This document shows positions 55,143-63,916 of a stretch of 64,000 nucleotides of DNA, one piece after another (within the stretch, counting starts at the first letter, position 1; each line of letters starts with the position of its first letter). Under the pieces are notes generated by a model. That model was not told where the DNA came from. It saw only the letters and a list, made by a program, of their open reading frames with translations, and did no database searches. Origin of the DNA: a virus (lineage: Duplodnaviria; Heunggongvirae; Uroviricota; Caudoviricetes); the IMG/VR virus record IMGVR_UViG_3300028883_000047, positions 11,681 to 75,680 of that record; one strand, written 5' to 3'. The position numbers and the translations under genes are program-made.

Positions 55143-55661
55143 TTAGTTTTTGGGTTTAAAATCAACATGCCTGCGCAGACTTTCTACGCGTGCGAGATCA
55201 CCCTTTCCCCCCAATCCTAGAATGTCAATCATCTCGATGGTTTCTTTTAGGGTCAAACCGTACACGCCATTGGTTTGAACCAGCGGTTGGTCACCGTAGA
55301 AATCGCTATCATCATCCACGATGACATACCTGTCTACTTGACGCGTTTCCAACCACTCATTAATTTCATCACCTCTCCCAATCGAACCGATACGAGCGCT
55401 TCGTGGAGTTACACCTTCAATTGGTGGTTGAAACCATCCGAAAGATGAAAAGAATCCATCGAACCAAGCTGGATCGCGGCCTATTCTCCACGTGGATGAT
55501 ATCACAATCCTAGCATCCGTCTGGTCACATATAAACCGCAATAGACCCACCTTGACGGGGTCTGCGTCATCTAACCGAACAGATCGATTAATCGTGTTTG
55601 CTCCTACTGCATATTCAACGGAATTGAGCACACCATCAATATCGAGGAATAGTATCTTCAT
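55143..55661 (-). CDS. HAD-superfamily phosphatase (PNK-phosphatase-like)
   Basis: MKILFLDIDGVLNS: DxDG(T/V) HAD motif I. Confidence 0.55.
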   Translation of the reverse strand: MKILFLDIDGVLNSVEYAVGANTINRSVRLDDADPVKVGLLRFICDQTDARIVISSTWRIGRDPAWFDGFFSSFGWFQPPIEGVTPRSARIGSIGRGDEINEWLETRQVDRYVIVDDDSDFYGDQPLVQTNGVYGLTLKETIEMIDILGLGGKGDLARVESLRRHVDFKPKN

Positions 55662-56029
55662 GTCATTAATGATTTAAGAAAGGCGAACGTCCACGTCAGT
55701 GACATTATGTGAATAAACTGATCGATGCCTATTGTAACGAAAAAATTATGTCGGTCTTCCTTTTCCCAGTAACTTTTCGCTACGCGAGAAGACACATAAT
55801 CAGTAGCATAGTGTAGAACTGCATTGACGGCTAAAAAGCCAATTGCTAGTATAAACGGAAAAGTAAAGAACGCTATAAAAGCAAACGGCATTGTGTATAT
55901 GGCAACATGGCGAGTAAGCACCATATCATCTGAACTCTTGTTCTTTGCCGTTTCGTCTGACTGTAAGAAGAAATCTCCAATCAAATGAGCAAGCAAAAGA
56001 CCGAACAAATCAATTATCGTTATTTCCAT
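55658..56029 (-). CDS. small membrane protein (DUF3307-like)
   Basis: Start at MEITIIDLF..HLIGDFFLQS; 3 TM. Confidence 0.35.
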   Translation of the reverse strand: MEITIIDLFGLLLAHLIGDFFLQSDETAKNKSSDDMVLTRHVAIYTMPFAFIAFFTFPFILAIGFLAVNAVLHYATDYVSSRVAKSYWEKEDRHNFFVTIGIDQFIHIMSLTWTFAFLKSLMT

Positions 56030-56468
56030 CTCTGTTCCTTTTAAACAAACTTTGCCACCAGCGAATGCTCTCGTTTTCTGGTATCGTGGGCTTATTCGCA
56101 TACTCCGTAGGTGGTGGAGGGGTTTTCTTCTGTGGCTCAATGCGCACAGGAATGTTGTCATACTTAACAACGAATTCTTTTTTGTACCATGCGTTGAGAA
56201 CTTCAAACATGCGGGCGTCGTCTAAATTACCTTCCCATAACATCTTACCCATTCTGAAGTCATACGGTTGACCATCGTTGTTGGGGAATGTTACATGAAA
56301 CGAAGTGTCTGGCTTACCACCAGAGGACGCACCCATCTCATCGATAATCTCTTTTGCTTCCTGAACTGTAACAACGATCTCTTTAGGCAACCCGCCTTTC
56401 TTTTCCGTAGCTTCCACAAGCTCTCGGAAAGAGACTTCGTACTTGTTTTTAATCTTCATTACAGCCAT
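56010..56468 (-). CDS. hypothetical protein (152 aa)
   Basis: ORF. Confidence 0.4.
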   Translation of the reverse strand: MAVMKIKNKYEVSFRELVEATEKKGGLPKEIVVTVQEAKEIIDEMGASSGGKPDTSFHVTFPNNDGQPYDFRMGKMLWEGNLDDARMFEVLNAWYKKEFVVKYDNIPVRIEPQKKTPPPPTEYANKPTIPENESIRWWQSLFKRNRDGNNDN

Positions 56469-56653
56469 TAATCAAAGCTCGATTGTAAGTCATCTACAGC
56501 AAACGATAATCGGTCAGCCCATTTCTCAAGCCCGTCAGCGATGCGCTCATTACACACACTCTCGCTCATTGACGTAAGAGTGTCATTACGAAGCGATTTA
56601 GCTTCATCACGCATCTCATCTGCAATCATTTCAATTACACTATAATTGTCCAT
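56468..56653 (-). CDS. hypothetical protein (61 aa)
   Basis: ORF. Confidence 0.3.
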   Translation of the reverse strand: MDNYSVIEMIADEMRDEAKSLRNDTLTSMSESVCNERIADGLEKWADRLSFAVDDLQSSFD

Positions 56654-57503
56654 TTCTGTAATTCCACCCTAACTTCTCACGAAGGACCTCAAAGTAGTTC
56701 CAGTCATCATTGCGCCAGATATCAACGAACCGGTGTTTGGTGATCTCAACATTCATCTTATGAGTTGAGTACACATAGTTGTTATCTGACAGCAAGCATA
56801 TGTCCTTGACTCGATCAGTAGCATTTGCTTCAATCCGAACCACATCATTTTCACTAACAACAACAGGACGAGAAGAAATAGTATGAGCAGCCAAAGGAAC
56901 GATTTGCATTGCACGAGATGTTGGAGCCATGATAGCACCACCAGCGCTCATTGCGTATGCAGTTGATCCGGTAGCAGTCGTTACGATCACACCATCACCA
57001 GCTTGTCGAGCTACATGCGAGTCGTTGACGAACACATCATACGTCATCTGGTTCTTTCGTGTCTTCGTGGTGACTAAGAACTCGTTAACAGCCACAGAGT
57101 CTATTTTCCTGTAGTCGTTTGGCTGCGTGGTCGATGAGCTGATCAACATTCGACTGTCGCGCTTCCATGGCTTCTCGCCGTTTAGTAGTGACAGCAGTAG
57201 TGTTTCAAAACTTGCATGATCGACACTACCATTCGTTAAGAAACCTAAATGACCGAAGTTAAACCCAATGACGGTACCGAACGGCGTACTTGCAGCAGCT
57301 TTCATTGCAGCCAACATAGTTCCATCCCCGCCAAGGGCGATGAATAACGGTGATCTGTCATCAATTAGGTGCCGGTCATCATATGAAAGAACCCGGCCGC
57401 CCTCACGATCGACCACTCTCCTGATTGTATCGATCATATGGAGAGTGGATGGATCATCTTTAGTATCCAGTTTCGGAACGTACACGACATTGTTAAAAAT
57501 CAT
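56640..57503 (-). CDS. nadK: NAD+ kinase
   Basis: FIALGGDGTMLAAMK (GGDGT) and NFGHLGFL motifs. Confidence 0.8.
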   Translation of the reverse strand: MIFNNVVYVPKLDTKDDPSTLHMIDTIRRVVDREGGRVLSYDDRHLIDDRSPLFIALGGDGTMLAAMKAAASTPFGTVIGFNFGHLGFLTNGSVDHASFETLLLSLLNGEKPWKRDSRMLISSSTTQPNDYRKIDSVAVNEFLVTTKTRKNQMTYDVFVNDSHVARQAGDGVIVTTATGSTAYAMSAGGAIMAPTSRAMQIVPLAAHTISSRPVVVSENDVVRIEANATDRVKDICLLSDNNYVYSTHKMNVEITKHRFVDIWRNDDWNYFEVLREKLGWNYRNGQL

Positions 57504-58426
57504 CAGAGTTCGACCTTTCCGGTTTTCTGGAAGTTAAGCATACGCTCAATAGGCTTGCGGGCCATTCGCATTTGCGTTTCATTTAAGTAATCAATTTTCG
57601 TGCCAAGACCGGCAGAAGCCTGCAGAACTTTTTTAACAGAGTTCAGCTTCATATACGGACACTGATTACACTGACAACCAGAGTAGATAGGCGCTTGACG
57701 GATGTCTAGTTCTGGTCGTTCTTCGCGCATATTATACAGAAGACCGTCTTCGGTTGCAACAAAAACGGTTGCAACACTACCTTTGAATTCTCTGATCCAG
57801 TTGAGCATTCCATGAGTTGACCCAACATAGTCGGCCATCTTGAGAATGGGTAACGGGCTCTCTGGGTGAGCAAGAACGAACTTAGGTCCATCTGTCCATC
57901 CACGCATAGCAGCTTTCAGTTCATCTTCTTTGAACTTATCATGAACCTCGCATACCGCTTCCCACACAGGCATATTGTACCCATACGTGTAGTTTAAGTA
58001 TTCACCCATGTTGCGGTCAGGGGAAAATATTACTTTCTTACCCTGATCGTAGATGTCCTTGATCACATCATCGACGATGCGAGAAGTAACAATGATGTCA
58101 GACATCGCCTTGTGGATTGCAGATGAGTTTATGTACGAAACATGAACGTGGTCGGAGTACTGTTGCCTCCATTTACGAAGTCTGCTGATGTTTGTTTGTT
58201 CAACAAGAGAGCAAGTCGACCCACCATCAGGTAGTATCACTTCTGCTTCGGGGTTAAGGATCTTTGCAGTTTCAGCCATAAAACGAACACCGGCGAAGAC
58301 TATTCGCTTGGGTTTGTGCTCGACAGCTTTCTGTGCAAGGTCTAATGAGTCACCAACGTAGTCAGCCATTTGCTGAACGTCAGGCGTTGTGTAGTAGTGT
58401 GCGAGTATGAGTGTATCTTTGCTCAT
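57503..58426 (-). CDS. nadA: quinolinate synthase A (NadA) homolog
   Basis: LILAHYYTTPDVQQMADYVGDSL, VRFMAETAKIL, HPESP, CxxC near C-terminus parallel E. coli NadA; start at MSKDT with GGAGGATTTCCAG SD. Confidence 0.75.
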   Translation of the reverse strand: MSKDTLILAHYYTTPDVQQMADYVGDSLDLAQKAVEHKPKRIVFAGVRFMAETAKILNPEAEVILPDGGSTCSLVEQTNISRLRKWRQQYSDHVHVSYINSSAIHKAMSDIIVTSRIVDDVIKDIYDQGKKVIFSPDRNMGEYLNYTYGYNMPVWEAVCEVHDKFKEDELKAAMRGWTDGPKFVLAHPESPLPILKMADYVGSTHGMLNWIREFKGSVATVFVATEDGLLYNMREERPELDIRQAPIYSGCQCNQCPYMKLNSVKKVLQASAGLGTKIDYLNETQMRMARKPIERMLNFQKTGKVEL

Positions 58427-58509
58427 CTGGAAATCCTCCAAACGTTTATGGTGCACGGTGGGTCTATCCCACTGGCTTACTATTAGTATATATGGCTACA
58501 CGCTACCCG

Positions 58510-59733
58510 TCAAGGGTCAAGTGTCGAGTGAATATCGTTTCTTGTTGGTCCTTGACTGATATAGTCAAATGTGTTTTGGACGATGCTTTCATTGAATCCG
58601 GAATTATGATGGTGCCATCTACCTCCTTTTATTAAAGAGTAAGTGAACCCATTACGTGGCAACTGGTCCACGCACGTCATAGTTCTAGTCATCTGAACAT
58701 CATAGTATTCATTATGCTCATTACCGTATAGAGCAAAATCTTTACTTGTGACACTCTCGAATAGATCCAAATCTAAAGGTGCATACCGCAATCCATGCTG
58801 CCATTCGTTGTGGACGTTCGTGTTGTCCTTAACCCACTCCGGCATGGATTGTTCGAACGCTAAAGGACCGGCACCATGGCGGGTCGTATACGCTCTGGTG
58901 ACATAATTCACATTCATCTGTCGGAAGTTGGTTACCAATTGTTCCATGATCACCGAAATGTTACGCATTCCTGTGTTGGAACGAGTGACGTGAGGAAAGT
59001 GTCCATAGTCCTGATCTAGTAACAACCCCTGAGCGCCTTCGAAGATTGTATCTCGATCCCAAATTGCATCATAGTATCGAACTTCAACATGATCCATCAT
59101 GTAAGTCAAATCCATAATGAAGTCTTCGAATAGTTGCTCATTGTTGATCACATCACGGAACACTTGTCCTACATTATTGAGATCGACTCGCTGAGGAACA
59201 TACTCTTCACGAAGACGAACAAAGTCTTCATGCAGCATATCTTTATTAATCTGAGCGAGATATGACATCCCCCACACTAGGTGCATTCGCTTACGGCGTT
59301 CAAACGTCTCACCAAAGCCAACACCACAACTACCATGAGGATCTTCACCGCGCATGTGCTCAAGTGATTGATTGATCAGCATCTCAAAAGGAGATGTCAC
59401 CGGCGCATGTGGATGAATATAAACTGTTGGTGCAAAGCCAAAATCCTTAACGAACTGTCGATGCTCACGAGCAAACAGAATTGGATTGACCACAAAGAAC
59501 TCACTAAGGTACGTAGGTGCACCAGCAAACGTACCAGAAGAAAAGTGAGAGAACACATGACGTCTACCATCTGGTGTTACCACCGTATGCCCTGCTTGTG
59601 CGCCACCGTTGGACCGAACCACCACTGGATTGGTGAGAGCGGAAGCATAGTAGTCAGTCATCAACCCTTTGCCTTCATCTCCGTACCCACCACCAATAAT
59701 AGCGACAGCTTGAAACTCTTCAGTAGACATCAC
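58510..59733 (-). CDS. adenylosuccinate synthetase (PurA)-family homolog, divergent (PurZ-like candidate)
   Basis: GGGYGDEGKG P-loop, GGAQAGHT, FEGAQGLLLDQDYGHFPHVTRSNT, TRHGAGP motifs of PurA family; 407 aa. Confidence 0.7.
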   Translation of the reverse strand: MMSTEEFQAVAIIGGGYGDEGKGLMTDYYASALTNPVVVRSNGGAQAGHTVVTPDGRRHVFSHFSSGTFAGAPTYLSEFFVVNPILFAREHRQFVKDFGFAPTVYIHPHAPVTSPFEMLINQSLEHMRGEDPHGSCGVGFGETFERRKRMHLVWGMSYLAQINKDMLHEDFVRLREEYVPQRVDLNNVGQVFRDVINNEQLFEDFIMDLTYMMDHVEVRYYDAIWDRDTIFEGAQGLLLDQDYGHFPHVTRSNTGMRNISVIMEQLVTNFRQMNVNYVTRAYTTRHGAGPLAFEQSMPEWVKDNTNVHNEWQHGLRYAPLDLDLFESVTSKDFALYGNEHNEYYDVQMTRTMTCVDQLPRNGFTYSLIKGGRWHHHNSGFNESIVQNTFDYISQGPTRNDIHSTLDP

Positions 59734-59748
59734 GTGTTCTCCGTTTGC

Positions 59749-60678
59749 TCAGAAGCGAACAACCTTCATTGCATCATCATAGTCGGTGCCTGCATCGAGA
59801 TCCTTGATTGCATCGGCAACTACCAGCGAAGTGTCACCACTCCAGCTTTTTGCAACATCAGCCTTGTCTGCACCATTGACCACCTGGATGATCGAGACGA
59901 TCGTTTCTGCGAGCTTTTCGTGGTCTTCCAACCACACTGCCCGTTCACCAAGAGCTTCACGCCAGGTGGTTTTTACGCGGTCAGGCTTCCAGCGAGCGTG
60001 AGAACCTTCTGCGATCATGATGTGGAAGCAGTGGTACATCTTGCTCGCACGTTCGAGAATTTCTATGAACGGCATGTCCACTTCGATTGCAGCCGAGTCG
60101 CCCATCACTTTGCGGACGGCATCCACGGAAGTCATCGGTGGAGCTTCCTCATCACCAATAGTGAAGATGTAGCCTTTCTTATTCCGCTTCTCAAACGCAT
60201 CAGTTGATGTGTGGAATGCGCCGAAGTAGTAAGGCAGGTCGTACGACTCGAAGCCATTACCGCCACCGTTTCCTTCGATGTAAATCTTCTCGAGCCATTC
60301 GGCAGCAACAAGATCTGCTTCGAACTGTCCGATCTGGAACGGTGCCTTATCGAACATCACAGCATCGCCAACTGCCATTGGCATTACCTGCGGATCGGTT
60401 ACAGGCTTGCGTTCGTAGATTTCCTTGAACAGTGTTGCCAAACCTTCTTTAACAATATGTTCGGCAAGGTACCCCATCGATCCAGTTACGTCAGTAGCGA
60501 TAATGATCGGGGTGCTTTCGGGGTTGAGGTCACTGTCACGAGCCTCCCGCATAGTAACACCGCGCGGATCCATATCAGCATGGAGGCCAGAACTCGTAAA
60601 AATTTGTGACCGTGTTTTCGTTGAAGTTGTGCTGGAATACGTCGTCCAGTCAGCGGATGATGATCTTGAGTAACCCAT
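59749..60678 (-). CDS. von Willebrand factor A (vWA) domain protein
   Basis: IIATDVTGSMGYLAE MIDAS DxSxS motif. Confidence 0.6.
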   Translation of the reverse strand: MGYSRSSSADWTTYSSTTSTKTRSQIFTSSGLHADMDPRGVTMREARDSDLNPESTPIIIATDVTGSMGYLAEHIVKEGLATLFKEIYERKPVTDPQVMPMAVGDAVMFDKAPFQIGQFEADLVAAEWLEKIYIEGNGGGNGFESYDLPYYFGAFHTSTDAFEKRNKKGYIFTIGDEEAPPMTSVDAVRKVMGDSAAIEVDMPFIEILERASKMYHCFHIMIAEGSHARWKPDRVKTTWREALGERAVWLEDHEKLAETIVSIIQVVNGADKADVAKSWSGDTSLVVADAIKDLDAGTDYDDAMKVVRF

Positions 60679-60692
60679 TGTAGTTCTCCTGG

Positions 60693-61733
60693 TTAGTAAA
60701 TGTCATTAATGTTGACGTCAAATGCGATAAACTTGCGCTTACCGAAGCTCTTTTCCAGCGTTTTTTCCCAACCACCATATTCAGACACAGCGTCTGGTCC
60801 AGAAGGTGATCTGATCCAATTTAGCATTGGGTTGGGTACATCCTTTCGGGAAAGAAGAGACATACCAACCAGCGTTGGATCACCTAGGCAACCAATAGCA
60901 ACACCTTTGACCGCTTGTCGATCATACGCCGTGTTGGCTACCTTTTCATCGAAGACTTTGTTAGGGAGAACTTTGAGCAGCTCACGTGGAATTGCCTTCA
61001 GTTTACTTCCAGTCTTCACCGCGAACCACCAACCACCGAGCAAAAACGCTGCATGATTTTTTGGGTCAACAAAAACGGTTGTTGGTAGTATTGAGTTATG
61101 GCAAATACCTACATGATCCAAGAATGTCGCTATATTATACAGCGAACTCGTTATCCACGCAACGTGTTTAGGATCAATGCGGTTATCTGGCATATAGTCA
61201 ATAAGGTCTTGAAGTAAGACGGTTCCTTCGGGTTTTTCAAATACAGCTACCAAACCAATGCTGGTTTTCTTATCAATGAGTTTAACCTTCGGGAAGAGCC
61301 TCTTAAACTCCGTTTCAAGTTTATTGTTAGGATATTTGATTTGTCGGATCATCTTTATGCCGTTATCAAACAAGTCTTCCTGATCCTTGTCGATTACGTA
61401 CATTAGAGTATTGTCGCCGATATACATCTTGCCCATTTCGAATTCACGCATTGTTTTATAACGGAATCGAAAGGTTTTATGATCATGAGTACTGAACGTA
61501 ATTGATGCTTCTCCAGCCCACGAGTCAGTAGCTATTTTACCCTTTGCTGTTTCAGCAAGGTCCATTAGATGCTTAAAAACCGATTCTGCATTGTCGATAG
61601 TGCTGGTATCAGGATGCCACTTTTTGCGGAGGCGCATGAACTGATAACGAAAACTGTCTTTTGAGAATAGTTTTTCAGGATCTTTTGAATCGATCTTGAG
61701 AATTTGTTCGGCAGATAATGACATTGGGTCCAT
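60693..61733 (-). CDS. J-domain (DnaJ-like HPD) protein fused to protein-kinase-like domain
   Basis: RLRKKWHPDTS..ESVFKHLMDL J-domain signature; C-terminal HNSILPTTVFVDPKN kinase-like catalytic loop; GGAGGATTTCCA SD. Confidence 0.5.
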   Translation of the reverse strand: MDPMSLSAEQILKIDSKDPEKLFSKDSFRYQFMRLRKKWHPDTSTIDNAESVFKHLMDLAETAKGKIATDSWAGEASITFSTHDHKTFRFRYKTMREFEMGKMYIGDNTLMYVIDKDQEDLFDNGIKMIRQIKYPNNKLETEFKRLFPKVKLIDKKTSIGLVAVFEKPEGTVLLQDLIDYMPDNRIDPKHVAWITSSLYNIATFLDHVGICHNSILPTTVFVDPKNHAAFLLGGWWFAVKTGSKLKAIPRELLKVLPNKVFDEKVANTAYDRQAVKGVAIGCLGDPTLVGMSLLSRKDVPNPMLNWIRSPSGPDAVSEYGGWEKTLEKSFGKRKFIAFDVNINDIY

Positions 61734-61789
61734 TGGAAATCCTCCAAAACTTTGACCAGAAGAGAAGTCTATCTTCTCTTGGATGAGGA

Positions 61790-61797
61790 TATTTATA
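61790..61797 (-). promoter_or_regulatory. T4-type late promoter box TATAAATA
   Basis: Exact match ~57 nt upstream of ATG at 61733. Confidence 0.35.
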
Positions 61798-61960
61798 CAA
61801 CGAACACAAGAAGGCGTCAAGGGTTTTATGAAATAATTAAATTAAGACCCAAGGCAGTAAAAAGGACAAGTGCAGCCAGACAAACTGTCGCGAGAGCTAG
61901 AATCATCAAATCGCGCAGAGCAGCTAACAGTTTAATAAAAGAATCGTATATTTTCATCTT

Positions 61961-61990
61961 AAAAAAAGAGGCGCCGAAGCGCCTCTTTTT
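61961..61990. terminator. bidirectional rho-independent terminator (GAGGCGC-CGAA-GCGCCTC with A/T runs)
   Basis: AAAAAAA + 7-bp GC stem + TTTTT. Confidence 0.6.
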
Positions 61991-62006
61991 ACCAGCTCGG
62001 TTGTGG

Positions 62007-62651
62007 TTATCTGTTGCCGCCAGGGCCATTACCCTGACCGCCACCGTTACCATTACCAGCGCCTGGGCCACCGCCCTGTCCAGCACCTGGGCCACCGCCT
62101 TGGTGACCGCCAGAGCCGCCACGCTGACCGCCCATAGCACCTTTGCTACCCCATGGACCAGTTCCATCACCACCACGTGGTGAGTTATATCCTGGGATAC
62201 CAGCTCCTGGATGACCACCGACGTTACCAGCTCCTGGATGACCACCGACGTTACCAGAACCACGGACGTGAGTAGGATCATTCCGGTCAAAATTACCAGA
62301 ACCGTCTTTGTTGCCCATCCCCTGATGCTGTTTTGCAGAAACACCAGCGCCGACTGATGGAGTCTCTGGCGTTCCAGCACCTGGATCAACAGTTGGATCG
62401 CCACCTAGGCCTGCGTTACCTGGTACGCCGCCGCTACCTGGATTGCCAGCATCGCCTGGATTACCTGCGTTACCTGGATTGCCAGCATCGCCTGGCTTTC
62501 CATCCTGAAAAGCGCCATCCTGTCCGATGTAGTTCATGCCGCCGGAAGCGCCACCTACCTGCTGACCACCTGGAGCATTTGCTCCATCGAAACCAGCCAT
62601 GAGTGGGCCTGCTGCTAACAGGCCCACGATTAATACCATTGAGTACTTCAT
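62007..62651 (-). CDS. secreted collagen-like Gly-rich repeat protein
   Basis: Signal peptide MKYSMVLIVGLLAAGPLMAG; G-X-Y runs GNPGNAGNPGDAGNPG...; alternative-frame ORF 61826-62404 judged spurious. Confidence 0.5.
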   Translation of the reverse strand: MKYSMVLIVGLLAAGPLMAGFDGANAPGGQQVGGASGGMNYIGQDGAFQDGKPGDAGNPGNAGNPGDAGNPGSGGVPGNAGLGGDPTVDPGAGTPETPSVGAGVSAKQHQGMGNKDGSGNFDRNDPTHVRGSGNVGGHPGAGNVGGHPGAGIPGYNSPRGGDGTGPWGSKGAMGGQRGGSGGHQGGGPGAGQGGGPGAGNGNGGGQGNGPGGNR

Positions 62652-62763
62652 TGTTTTATCTCCTTAAAAATAAGATGCCCATTTTCCTCGAGCGGGTGTA
62701 TTTAGGGGGTTTGAGCCGTTTAGCAACAATCCTGGATATACTGTGGGAAACTACGATATGGAC

Positions 62764-63087
62764 TTACCGAAATAAGAAGGACGACACATGCCCGCCAAGA
62801 TTACTTTGGTGATGTGTTTCGTCAGAAACTGGATTTGACGCCCGTTTCATCATTTTGACTTTGTTCGCTATACGCTTCGCCTTGCCAATGTTTGAATTGC
62901 GTCGAGGAGTTTGTTTTTTACGCTCGGCGTCAACGTACGACTTGTCTATTGGCGTGTAGTTCGCATCTTCATTGTCCCGACGTTGCATCGGATCTTGAAC
63001 TGCATCTAGGTCTGCGTATAACTCAAATAATTTCACTTTATTTCCTTTGGCGGCATTTTGAGGATTTCTGTCTTGAGCCAAGCCCAA
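62764..63087 (-). CDS. basic hypothetical protein (107 aa)
   Basis: ORF. Confidence 0.35.
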   Translation of the reverse strand: MGLAQDRNPQNAAKGNKVKLFELYADLDAVQDPMQRRDNEDANYTPIDKSYVDAERKKQTPRRNSNIGKAKRIANKVKMMKRASNPVSDETHHQSNLGGHVSSFLFR

Positions 63088-63440
63088 AACTTAACAGCCC
63101 CAACCAACACTGTTTTGTCGAACTTGGGTACCTTTAATGCGTCCATCTCCTCTCCAAACTCATCATTAGCCCGTTTCCAATCTCGAGTTTTGATGAGAAT
63201 ATAATCATGAACAATGGCAGCACCAAAGTATTTACCGGTCGGAGAAAACCTCCACCACAGGAACCAAGGAATGCTGGCACCATCAGTGATGAATCCTTTT
63301 GGAGCCGTAACCATACCGTTCCATGAGGTATAATCTTGCAATAACTCCCATCGAGCGCGTTTCCACCAATGCTCTGGTGGAATGTGTTTTACGTGAATTC
63401 CATCACGATGAACTTCCCTATTCATGCAGCCCTCCCGCAT
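63033..63440 (-). CDS. DUF1353-family phage protein
   Basis: GFITDGASIPWF and HDY motifs. Confidence 0.5.
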   Translation of the reverse strand: MREGCMNREVHRDGIHVKHIPPEHWWKRARWELLQDYTSWNGMVTAPKGFITDGASIPWFLWWRFSPTGKYFGAAIVHDYILIKTRDWKRANDEFGEEMDALKVPKFDKTVLVGAVKFWAWLKTEILKMPPKEIK

Positions 63441-63475
63441 TTCTGCGAATGTGTGTTCTCTCGGGCGTATTTATT

Positions 63476-63916
63476 TTAGAATGGAAAAAATGAGCCAAAG
63501 AATGACATTGGCTTGCTGATGTTGCGCATATCGCGCTGCATCATATGGGTATTTGCATTCATCCCATGAATTGCATGATTCATTTGATTCATCGATTGAC
63601 GCATTTGTGACATTTCGTCGCGGATTGGTGCTACGTCACTCATCTTCTCGTTTACTGATGCTAAATGAGATTCAATTTGTTGCATGTTATGCGACATTGT
63701 CGTCATTTCATGTGCTATTGTGGACATATTTTCATTAACACTAACAGCGAGATAATGAACATCACGAGTTAGGTTATAGATTAGATAGAAGCCGTATGCT
63801 GCTAATATAATGAACGCAAACAGGGCAGGATACACTACGAGTTTGATCCGGTTTGCTGAATCTTGTATTAAGTTGCACAGGCGGTGAACGCCATGCGTGT
63901 CTTGTTGAGCATCCAT
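63476..63916 (-). CDS. membrane protein with Met/Asn/Gln/His-rich repetitive C-terminal region
   Basis: Single TM then MSxxxxM periodic repeats. Confidence 0.4.
   Translation of the reverse strand: MDAQQDTHGVHRLCNLIQDSANRIKLVVYPALFAFIILAAYGFYLIYNLTRDVHYLAVSVNENMSTIAHEMTTMSHNMQQIESHLASVNEKMSDVAPIRDEMSQMRQSMNQMNHAIHGMNANTHMMQRDMRNISKPMSFFGSFFPF

Noticed and set aside
55658-56206. PnuC-type nicotinamide riboside transporter assignment for the small membrane ORF
   Set aside because: Sequence does not resemble PnuC; only weak DUF3307-like features. Left as a generic membrane protein.
58510-59733. Calling the PurA homolog PurZ and the genome a Z-genome outright
   Set aside because: No DatZ, MazZ or DpoZ neighbours are visible in this window, and base composition cannot reveal 2-aminoadenine. 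Kept as a hypothesis only.
61826-62404. 192-aa ORF overlapping collagen-like gene
   Set aside because: Alternative frame of the Gly-rich repeat region. Repeats generate long open frames artefactually.
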